Assembly (NCBI GenBank): GCA_049976425.1
Contig: JBMFIG010000001.1
Span: forward strand, 128,001 to 192,000
Length of the DNA: 64,000 nucleotides
Direction: 5' to 3'
From: Thermoproteus sp.
GTDB lineage: Archaea; Thermoproteota; Thermoprotei; Thermoproteales; Thermoproteaceae
Part shown: positions 38,964 to 47,031 of the stretch, in pieces
Layout of the letters: every line of letters begins with the position of its first letter
How positions within the stretch are numbered: the first letter of the stretch is position 1
Program-made: the position numbers and the translations under genes
The notes under the pieces: model-generated
The model's database searches: none
Told to the model about the DNA's origin: nothing
Seen by the model: the letters and a program-made list of their open reading frames with translations, nothing else

Positions 38964-39862
38964 GTTCTTTGCCGAATGTACTTCGAATAGGCCGCCTCCG
39001 CGATATCCGCGGCTAGCGCCGTTATTAACATGGCCTCGTGCATTATCGGCGCGACGCCCTCGCACGTTGAGAGCGCCAGGAGTCTTTTAAAAACTGACTC
39101 CCTCTCCAGTATAGTCTTCAGAGCCCCTTCATGCCGGTTTTCCAAGAACGACTTGGCGGCCTCCTCGGCGTATTTCTGCAGAGTCTCGAACTCGTTGACG
39201 AGCTCCTTGTGGCAACCGACCTTGTTATGCCTCAGATAGTTGGTGGCCCGATCAAGGGCGTCGCCCATGTGCTCCAAGTTCTTGACGACTATGACGTAGT
39301 CGACAAAGCCCTGCGGGTTCTGGTATATGTTCTTCTTTATGATCCTCAGAGACAGGAAATAGAGGCGGTCCAGCTGGTCGTCCATGCGTAGTAGCTCCTT
39401 CGCGTCTTCCTCGTTATGTCCCTTGATGAAGTCGAGGAATAGATGGAACATGGCCATGACGGTCGTGTACATGCTCCTGACCACCTCGTCTACATTTACA
39501 TCCTCCTTGGTCACTATCCTCAGCTTAAGCTTGCCCTCGGACTCCAACGCCACGACGCCGGGCAGTCTGCCCTCGACCCTACCCACTAGGGCTGATATGT
39601 TGCCGGACTCGATATCGATCTCGTCTACGCCTTCGATATAATATGCAATGACGTCCCTCAACGCCTTTTCCGGATCCTCTTCCTTTAGCGTGGCTGTGAC
39701 GGCTACGCCCTCGGCTGTCGCGGGAAGTATCAGGATCTTATTGGCCTCCGTAAGTATTTTGATGGGAGAACCCACCCTCAATTGATTAGACTCGACCCAT
39801 TCCCTCGGAAGAGTTATCCCATACGACCTCTCACCTATCCTTATCAACTTTCTAATCTCCAT
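38960..39862 (-). CDS. AbrB-PhoU family phosphate regulator
   Basis: RKLIRIG..SYGITLPREW AbrB domain; DDQLDRLY and LEHMGD PhoU motifs. Confidence 0.9.
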   Translation of the reverse strand: MEIRKLIRIGERSYGITLPREWVESNQLRVGSPIKILTEANKILILPATAEGVAVTATLKEEDPEKALRDVIAYYIEGVDEIDIESGNISALVGRVEGRLPGVVALESEGKLKLRIVTKEDVNVDEVVRSMYTTVMAMFHLFLDFIKGHNEEDAKELLRMDDQLDRLYFLSLRIIKKNIYQNPQGFVDYVIVVKNLEHMGDALDRATNYLRHNKVGCHKELVNEFETLQKYAEEAAKSFLENRHEGALKTILERESVFKRLLALSTCEGVAPIMHEAMLITALAADIAEAAYSKYIRQRT

Positions 39863-39959
39863 AAGTATCAGATATTTTCAGTTTAATAAACATTACCTAG
39901 GTTTAAACCGTACACTCCATGTAGATACGCCGCGGATTATCCAGATATGACGATTCGCA

Positions 39960-40664
39960 ATGCTCTTCCATTTAATGGAGAGCCCGCACATGGCAATGTT
40001 CCACATCCAGAGGAGCATACCCTTCCCGCCTATCCGGCTCGACAGACTCGTTAAGTACCTACAAGCAGTGGTCCAGCGCGGCTCCATCTCTCTTGAAGAG
40101 TTAAAGAAGGAGGGGTTGGACTTCGGCAAGGGGAGAGGCGACATAACGCGGTTTCTCGAGAGGTTGGGGCTGGTCACCGTCTCCGGCAAGAACGTCGCGC
40201 CGACAAAGTTAGCCTACGAAGTGCTCTCGATATACCGCTCCATAGGCCCCGCGGTCTTCCACCCGCTCTTCAACTCTGCGCTTCCGCAGTACAGGCTCTT
40301 CGCCGAGCTGATCGAGAGCATGCGCACAGCGACGCCTGAGGAGCTCCACGGCGCCTTGAATAAGAGGCTGTCAGAGATCACCCCGTCGGGCTGGATCAAC
40401 AACGTGGCCTTTAAGTCGCTCCTAGCCATCGCAGTAGATATAGGCGTCGTCAAGAAGGAGGGCAGATACGTAGTTTATATGGGAGACCCAGTCGCGCGGG
40501 CCTTCGCCAGCAACGGCCCGGTCATAGGAGGCGCCGCCTATGTGGAAGACGTGCCCGAGTGGCTGAGGGAGTGCTCCAAACAGCAGAGGCCTCTAGGCAT
40601 AGCACAACTAGATCCTGAATGCGCCTCGCGTGTTCTGGAGAGGCACATCTCTAGTTTGAAATAA
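39960..40664 (+). CDS. Tandem winged-helix-like protein (start may be 39990 or 39996)
   Basis: Two wHTH-like signatures: FLERLGLV..G..V.PT and LLAIAVDIGVVKKEGRYV. Confidence 0.7.
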   Translation: MLFHLMESPHMAMFHIQRSIPFPPIRLDRLVKYLQAVVQRGSISLEELKKEGLDFGKGRGDITRFLERLGLVTVSGKNVAPTKLAYEVLSIYRSIGPAVFHPLFNSALPQYRLFAELIESMRTATPEELHGALNKRLSEITPSGWINNVAFKSLLAIAVDIGVVKKEGRYVVYMGDPVARAFASNGPVIGGAAYVEDVPEWLRECSKQQRPLGIAQLDPECASRVLERHISSLK

Positions 40665-40683
40665 ATAGGACGAGTCTATCTTT

Positions 40684-40983
40684 ATGGCTAAGCGGCGGCA
40701 ACAAAGCGAAAAAAGGGGAGGTAGCCTCCTCGATTTCCTAGGAGGCGGCGAATCTGCCGAGAGGCGTGAGGCGCCGGCCCAGCCAGAAGGCGTCGACAAC
40801 GACGTGTACAGCTATATAGCCAGCAGAGGGATAGTGCCTAAGGAGGAGCTGTTCGAGTGGGGGAAGGCCAGGGGATACACGACGGCAGATATCATGAGGG
40901 CCGTGGATAGGCTGACTAGATCGGGGAAGATAAGGCGCCGTCTAGACGACGAGGGGAGGCTCGTCTATTCTACGTCCCAATAG
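40684..40983 (+). CDS. Small winged-helix protein with N-terminal PIP-box-like motif
   Basis: SLLDFL motif, disordered linker, AVDRLTRSGKIRRRLD..G.LVY wHTH. Confidence 0.75.
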   Translation: MAKRRQQSEKRGGSLLDFLGGGESAERREAPAQPEGVDNDVYSYIASRGIVPKEELFEWGKARGYTTADIMRAVDRLTRSGKIRRRLDDEGRLVYSTSQ

Positions 40984-41015
40984 AAAACTATATATTTAGA
41001 TATTGAGGCTCTGTC

Positions 41016-41324
41016 GTGGAAGTCTGCGAGATACTGGGGAGATACCTTGCTAAGCTGGTGGAGGGGGCCAAGGGCAACGTAGTCAGCTTCACCGTGGGTG
41101 ACGTCTCGCGGTGGTCCGAGGAGAAGTTCAGAACCACGCGGTCCGTCACCTTGAGGGCCGCAGCTATATGCGAGGCGTTGCTGGCTCAAGGGCTTCTGGA
41201 GAAGATCGGCAAGAAGTATATCTTACGGCGCGGCTCGCCGTTGTGGGAAGCCGCCGCTAGGAACGACATCGAGAGCATATGCGATATAGTTAGACGTACT
41301 ATTATTGTGGCCGAAAGAACTTAA
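41016..41324 (+). CDS. Small putative DNA-binding (wHTH-like) protein
   Basis: ICEALLAQGLLEKIGKKYIL wing; TATATTTA box about 25 nt upstream of the GTG. Confidence 0.7.
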   Translation: MEVCEILGRYLAKLVEGAKGNVVSFTVGDVSRWSEEKFRTTRSVTLRAAAICEALLAQGLLEKIGKKYILRRGSPLWEAAARNDIESICDIVRRTIIVAERT

Positions 41325-41347
41325 TTAATCCCTCCTTTTAGTACCAC

Positions 41348-41578
41348 GTGAGGCAACACGTAGGCATACTGCTGACGGCAATCGCGGTACTAATACTTTT
41401 AGTTTTGCATACATTAATATATAATATTATTGCACTTATAGTCTATATTATTGGTATTATAATTATATTAATACCGCAAAAAGAGCGACGTGTTGAGGAG
41501 AGGCCTTTAGCCGTTCCTCAGCCTAGGCCCACGCCTGAGGAGCTCAAGAAAAGGCCTACACAACCTCCCGAGCTGTAA
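41348..41578 (+). CDS. Small membrane protein with Pro-rich tail
   Basis: About 38-aa hydrophobic hairpin followed by a charged/Pro-rich tail; TAATG overlap with the ParA gene. Confidence 0.75.
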   Translation: MRQHVGILLTAIAVLILLVLHTLIYNIIALIVYIIGIIIILIPQKERRVEERPLAVPQPRPTPEELKKRPTQPPEL

Positions 41579-42342
41579 TGAAGACGCTGGCGTTTATATC
41601 AGGCCTTAAAGGCGGCACCGGCAAGACTACCCTCGCGGTCAACACAGCCGTCGTGCTCGCGTATGCGCTGAGGAACAAGGCGAAGTATCCTGTGTTGTTG
41701 ATAGACGCGACGCCGGGGATCGGCACGGCCGCGATGCTGTTGGCCGGCTCGTATAGCCTACAGAATCTGATTAGCCTCTCGGAATATTTCGAGGGGCGGA
41801 TATCGAACCCCCTCCAAGCGTTCTATTTGAGGAGGTGGCAGGTCCAACAAGGCGAGTTTAACGTCGTTTTTTCATTCTTCAACAAGCCCGTCGCGGTCTC
41901 TAGGAGGTTGCTTGAGGCGTTGGTGAAACAGGTAGGGGATATGCTCGGCCCGCTGGTAGCCATATTCGACTCGCCGCCCGCCGGCTACGATTGGAGCATC
42001 GCCGGCCTTCTAGACTTTGTGGTTCCCGTGGTTACTCCGGACATGTCCTCTATAATCTCGACGGCCGGGATCTCGAAGATCGTTGGCGGGAGGATGTTGA
42101 GGCCGATCATAAATATGTATGTAAAAGAGCACGACGTGGCCGGCGTGTACGGGCGGAATTGGCCGGATATCGTGAGGGAGATGTTCGGAGAGGAGCCGCA
42201 TATAATACCTTCAGATCCCCTCTTCGAGGCCTCCAGACAAGCGTTGGAGATAGAGTCGCTCAAGTTAAGGCCCGAGGAGTCGCAGGGCCTGACGGCTCTG
42301 CTGTCCTATATCCGCTACCTCGTCTCGCAACTCTCTATCTGA
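41578..42342 (+). CDS. ParA/MinD-family ATPase
   Basis: Deviant Walker A KGGTGKTT, VLLIDA, IFDSPP, VVTPD..S, IINM, IPSDP. Confidence 0.9.
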   Translation: MKTLAFISGLKGGTGKTTLAVNTAVVLAYALRNKAKYPVLLIDATPGIGTAAMLLAGSYSLQNLISLSEYFEGRISNPLQAFYLRRWQVQQGEFNVVFSFFNKPVAVSRRLLEALVKQVGDMLGPLVAIFDSPPAGYDWSIAGLLDFVVPVVTPDMSSIISTAGISKIVGGRMLRPIINMYVKEHDVAGVYGRNWPDIVREMFGEEPHIIPSDPLFEASRQALEIESLKLRPEESQGLTALLSYIRYLVSQLSI

Positions 42343-43067
42343 TGTGTAATCACGCCGATCATTTTGAGGTCGCGGACTATATAGGCGCGGCACGGCACTG
42401 CCTCGTGGTACTCTCTCTTTACGTAGCGGCCCTCTCTATCCACCAGGATCGACCCGTAGTCTGCCATTAACGCACCTACAAAGTCCTCGTAGAAGTCGTC
42501 GCCTACGTGGACATACACGTCGGGTATTATGTCGCCCACAAGCACCGTCAGCGCCATCTCGAATATGCGCGGGCTCGGCTTGACCGACCCCACATCGTCG
42601 GCATATATCTGGACGTCTAACAGCCCCGCTATGTCGAGCTTGGAGAGGAGCTCTCTGGTGGCTCTGGACCTCCAGAGAAGGATGTTGGATATGACGCCTA
42701 CCTTATATCCATCGTCCCTCACAGCCCTCAGCGCCTCCACCGCATCCTGGAACGGCTTCACGTCAAGGCTACTGACAGCCTCGTCTATCTCGTTCTGGAC
42801 CTCGTAAACGTCGAAGTCCGCGGCGATGCCGCGCTCCTTCAACTTCCTCTTGATCCTGTAGAGGTTGTAGGTGGGAGGGATAAACTCCTGTCTCTCCCTA
42901 CGGGCGAGCTTCAAAGCACGCCGCTCATCCTGCACGAAGGAGTAGATCGAGCTCCACTGGACCCTGCCGCCCAACGCCTTTGTCAACACGTCGGCGACAA
43001 CCTTTATAGCAGGCTCTACGGGCAGTATCGTGCCCCATACGTCGAAGGTAATAGCCTTGACGCTCAT
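42315..43067 (-). CDS. HAD-IA family hydrolase
   Basis: FDVWGT, ISN, KPSPRIF, HVGDD..ED..GA; ATG at 43067. Confidence 0.9.
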   Translation of the reverse strand: MSVKAITFDVWGTILPVEPAIKVVADVLTKALGGRVQWSSIYSFVQDERRALKLARRERQEFIPPTYNLYRIKRKLKERGIAADFDVYEVQNEIDEAVSSLDVKPFQDAVEALRAVRDDGYKVGVISNILLWRSRATRELLSKLDIAGLLDVQIYADDVGSVKPSPRIFEMALTVLVGDIIPDVYVHVGDDFYEDFVGALMADYGSILVDREGRYVKREYHEAVPCRAYIVRDLKMIGVITHQIESCETR

Positions 43068-45513
43068 ATCAGTACTCTCCCTACTCACTATTAATATTTA
43101 CGCAGAGCTCCAGCTCCCTTTGCCCACAGAGCCGCAACCCAACTTTACCATAACGCCGGCCTTGGTTAACATGAACACTTATACAAATCTTACAATAATA
43201 TTTAAAAATCAAATAAATATAAATAATACTAAAATTAATATATCTAATGCATTAATAATTTTTGAAAAAGTATATAAAAATATAGTAAATATAGGAATCT
43301 ATCCAACCGGAGACAATGTGGTTGTATCAATAAATGGTACTGAAAAAATATTAGATGTAGCAAATATTTGTAATATAAATTATATTAACTCATATAATTA
43401 TAGTCAATCTATATTTATAAATGTTTCATCAACTTGTTCTAATCTCAACGAGTACATTAACGGTATGCGTGTCCCAATAAATTCGGTTTATCGCCCTCCT
43501 TATTCGGGTATCTACTATGTTATATTAACAAATGGATCCTATTATGTTAATATAACATATATTGTATCTCCAAAAATCTCGACAAATATAACATATTACG
43601 GGCAGTGGCTTAACATATCCCTAAATCCGCCGCTCTACGGATCCGCCGTGGCGTCCATAGGCGGCTTCAACATCTCAACTACGTCTATGATATCGATACC
43701 GCCGTTTGCTCTGGCCGCTGGTAATTATACACTTACCTTAAGCCAAAACGGAGTACTGCTGTTAAACACAACAATAGAGATCCTTAAAGCGATACCTAAA
43801 ATAACTATAAAAATAAATAATACTGTTATATATGGAATTACTACTAAATATAGTATAAATTCATATATATTTAATAATTATTATAGATGTAATGTTAGTA
43901 TATTCATTAACGGATCCCTCGTAGCGTCTGGCACGACCCCGATGTCTCTAGATCTGCCTCTTCTGGACGTGGGCACGTACAACTTGACCGTCATAGCTCA
44001 TGCCAGCGCCAATACGACCCAGTCAAGTGCTGTTAGGCTGTTCAGAGTATTGCCGGCACCCGTAAACCTCAGAGTGTATGTGAACGGCTCGCCGCTAGGT
44101 CAAGTAGTGCTGGCCTCATACGGCCAGATCCTTCTCTTCAACGCCACGGCAAGCTCCACGTTGCAACCTACTGGCAGAATCGTCATATTGGTTGATGGAA
44201 AAAGCTTCGGTGCTGTCGTCGACACGTTGATGCTGGGGGCCGGTCTACATAACGTCACGGTGGCTTTCTTGCCGTCTAGCGCCAACTTCAGAGAGGCTAA
44301 GGCGAGCGCAACGATAGCAGTGGCGAAATCAATGCCGGAGCTCGTGGTTCCGAAACGCATATCGGCGACATACGGCGAGATGCCCAACGTCACGTTGGGC
44401 CTATACGTCTACGGTAGACCTATCTCGGGTCTTCTAAACGTCACGGTGGGCAACTACACGAGGCTCGTGCGCGTCTTCGGCAATACGACTTTACGACTTC
44501 CTCTGTTGCCTGCAGGTTCGTATGTCGTATATGTTTCATTCCCGGGCAATGAGGATCTATACCCGACAAGTGCATCGTTTTTGTTGCTAATAAAGAGCGC
44601 AACCGTCGTCTTGTCCATAGAGGCGCCTCAAAGGGCTGTCTACGGCGCGTCTGTGCCGATATCGGTGTCGGCGGCCCCGCAGGTGCCTGGGCAGATCTCT
44701 ATCTACGTAAACGGCACGTTGATCTACAGCGGCCCGAGCCCCCGCGTACAGACCACGTGGCGCCCGCCTAGGAGCGGCGTCTTTAACGTAACGGCTTATT
44801 TCCAGAGCGCCTCCAAGAACTACTCCAATACGGCATCCGCGATAATAATATATGTAGAGAAAGCGAAATGTACTATAAATATATTAATAAATTCATCCAC
44901 CTTATATGTTTTAAGAAAATATGAAATCTTAATAAATTCATCGGTGATACCGGAGATATATCTAGATGGGGAGTATCTAGGTACCGCGCAAGTCCTGCCT
45001 CTATCTTTCAACTCCACTGGCGTACACACGATATTTGCCATATTCAAGGGCGATGTTCGGTACTCCCAGTGCAACTCCTCGTTGACAGTCGACGTAATGA
45101 AGAACCCAGCATATGTAGCGATCGAGATACCGCGGAAGCTCGCTGTCCCTAACTCTCCTATAGATATATACATACATATTCTCACTAAATCATATATAAT
45201 TAATGGTATAATTTATATATATATCACTAGTATAAATAAAGGAAATAACTATACTTTAACTAAATACGTAAACAGCTCGCAGGAGGTGCTCAAGGTATCT
45301 TTGCCGGCTCCCGGCTCATACGAGGTCGAGGTGTACTACAGCGGCAATCCCTATGTTGCTGGAAACTACTCCAACGTCGTCGCGGTGACCGTCGTGGAGA
45401 GCCTCTTCGGCGTTCCCCTAATGATGGTTCTGGGATATGGCGTAGCCGCGGTATCGGCCTACGTTGCTGTGTTGGCGATAAAGTTAAAGAGGAGGAAATA
45501 CGGCACTTCATGA
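43030..45513 (+). CDS. Large surface protein with tandem Ig-like (Big) repeats and C-terminal TM anchor
   Basis: Signal peptide; repeated L.aG.Y.v.v.f.G...Y units about 80-90 aa apart; many N-x-S/T sequons; TM helix plus KLKRRK. Confidence 0.85.
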   Translation: MPHTSKVIALTLISVLSLLTINIYAELQLPLPTEPQPNFTITPALVNMNTYTNLTIIFKNQININNTKINISNALIIFEKVYKNIVNIGIYPTGDNVVVSINGTEKILDVANICNINYINSYNYSQSIFINVSSTCSNLNEYINGMRVPINSVYRPPYSGIYYVILTNGSYYVNITYIVSPKISTNITYYGQWLNISLNPPLYGSAVASIGGFNISTTSMISIPPFALAAGNYTLTLSQNGVLLLNTTIEILKAIPKITIKINNTVIYGITTKYSINSYIFNNYYRCNVSIFINGSLVASGTTPMSLDLPLLDVGTYNLTVIAHASANTTQSSAVRLFRVLPAPVNLRVYVNGSPLGQVVLASYGQILLFNATASSTLQPTGRIVILVDGKSFGAVVDTLMLGAGLHNVTVAFLPSSANFREAKASATIAVAKSMPELVVPKRISATYGEMPNVTLGLYVYGRPISGLLNVTVGNYTRLVRVFGNTTLRLPLLPAGSYVVYVSFPGNEDLYPTSASFLLLIKSATVVLSIEAPQRAVYGASVPISVSAAPQVPGQISIYVNGTLIYSGPSPRVQTTWRPPRSGVFNVTAYFQSASKNYSNTASAIIIYVEKAKCTINILINSSTLYVLRKYEILINSSVIPEIYLDGEYLGTAQVLPLSFNSTGVHTIFAIFKGDVRYSQCNSSLTVDVMKNPAYVAIEIPRKLAVPNSPIDIYIHILTKSYIINGIIYIYITSINKGNNYTLTKYVNSSQEVLKVSLPAPGSYEVEVYYSGNPYVAGNYSNVVAVTVVESLFGVPLMMVLGYGVAAVSAYVAVLAIKLKRRKYGTS

Positions 45514-45902
45514 TATCGGCTCCGCCAGCCGTGTTGATTCTGCCTCTGCCTAACAGGGACCAGGTAATTTCCACGGTCTCTATGGTTGTGTCGCGGCTGA
45601 GGAAGATGGGAGTCGCCGTGGAGCTTAGGAAGGCGGACGGCCCGGTGTTTATAGAATGTAAGGTGTCGGCGGATGGGCTGTTGCAGAGGCTCGATATATA
45701 CCTCGCCGCCAGCGGCGAGGACTTCGCCACGGTGACGCCTGTGCAGGAGCGGATAGTGGGGAATTTCATCGAGAGGACGGCCTACGCCCATATCGCTCAA
45801 GGCGTGGCGGTGCAGATAAACTACGAGGTTAAGGACAGCGTGTCGTTGAAGAACGTGGTCGTATATGCGATAGGATCGGCGTATAAGGACTTAAAGCTCT
45901 GA
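45510..45902 (+). CDS. Hypothetical protein coupled to the surface-protein gene
   Basis: ATGA overlap; host-like codon usage. Confidence 0.75.
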   Translation: MISAPPAVLILPLPNRDQVISTVSMVVSRLRKMGVAVELRKADGPVFIECKVSADGLLQRLDIYLAASGEDFATVTPVQERIVGNFIERTAYAHIAQGVAVQINYEVKDSVSLKNVVVYAIGSAYKDLKL

Positions 45903-45941
45903 ACGCGCATAACACTTATATATATTTCGGAAACCCCTTAT

Positions 45942-46268
45942 GTGAGCCTTATCAGCATAGACGACTTTAAGAAGATAGAGCTGAAGGTCGGCAAGGTTCT
46001 TGAGGCGCAGAGGATTGAAGGCTCGAGGAAGCTCATAAGGCTTGTGGTGGATCTGGGATCCGAGAAGAGGCAGATAGTGGCAGGCCTGGCCGAGCACTAT
46101 GCGCCGGAGGCGTTGGTGGGGAAGTACGTAGTCGTCGTGGCGAACCTCCAGCCGAGGAAGTTGATGGGCTACGAGAGCCAGGGCATGTTGCTGGCTACCT
46201 GCGACAAGCCAACCCTGCTTACCTTACTGGAGCCATCAGATGAACATATAGGGGAACATGTCTGTTGA
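45942..46268 (+). CDS. Stand-alone tRNA-binding OB-fold protein (Trbp111/MetRS C-terminal domain)
   Basis: DFKKIELKVGKV, RQIVAGL, NLQPRKLMGYESQGMLL. Confidence 0.92.
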   Translation: MSLISIDDFKKIELKVGKVLEAQRIEGSRKLIRLVVDLGSEKRQIVAGLAEHYAPEALVGKYVVVVANLQPRKLMGYESQGMLLATCDKPTLLTLLEPSDEHIGEHVC

Positions 46269-46962
46269 GTTGCCCAGACATATAGCGGTGATACCTGACG
46301 GGAATAGGAGATACGCCAGGAAGTACGGCCTGTCGCTCGTAGAGGCATATAGACACGGCGTCGAGAAGGTCCGCAAATTCGCGACGTGGGTCCTCGAGTA
46401 TAGGGATATACGACACATGACGTTCTTTGCGCTATCCACGGAGAACCTGCAGAGGAGCAAGGCGGAGCTGGAGGTCTTGTTCAAGATCTTCAAGAACGAG
46501 ATCAGGAGAACCCAGGAGGATCCCATAATACACGAGAACAAGGTCAGGGTGCGGTTCATCGGCGACCGTTCGTTGTTGCCCCAAGACCTCGTCAAGGAGA
46601 TGGAGAGGCTGGAGGACGTCACGTCGTCCTACGGCGACTACGACTTAACGCTGGCGTTAGGCTACGGCGGGAGGGCCGAGATAGTTAGATGCGTCAAGAG
46701 GATAGTGGGCGGGGAGGTGAGGCTTGAGACCATCGACGAGAATTCCCTGTTCCGATGTCTCGATACCTCATATCTCAAATACCCCGAGCCCGACGTGTTG
46801 ATAAGGACAGGCGGCGAGAAGCGCCTGAGCAACTTCCTGCTGTACCAGACGGCGTACAGCGAGCTGTTTTTCCTCGACAAGTACTGGCCCGAGATCGAGA
46901 GGGAGGATCTCCGGGTGGTCTTGGAGGAATACGCGACGCGGCAGAGGAGGTTCGGCAGATAG
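46258..46962 (+). CDS. uppS: cis-prenyltransferase (polyprenyl diphosphate synthase)
   Basis: HIAVIPDGNRRYA, STENL.R, YGGRAEI, IRTGGEKRLSNFL, RRFG. Confidence 0.95.
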   Translation: MSVELPRHIAVIPDGNRRYARKYGLSLVEAYRHGVEKVRKFATWVLEYRDIRHMTFFALSTENLQRSKAELEVLFKIFKNEIRRTQEDPIIHENKVRVRFIGDRSLLPQDLVKEMERLEDVTSSYGDYDLTLALGYGGRAEIVRCVKRIVGGEVRLETIDENSLFRCLDTSYLKYPEPDVLIRTGGEKRLSNFLLYQTAYSELFFLDKYWPEIEREDLRVVLEEYATRQRRFGR

Positions 46963-47031
46963 CCGGCATCCCGGCAGGTCGGCCGTGGGCTATACCTCTT
47001 AAAGCCTTAATAAAGCCGAGATAGTCGAGCT

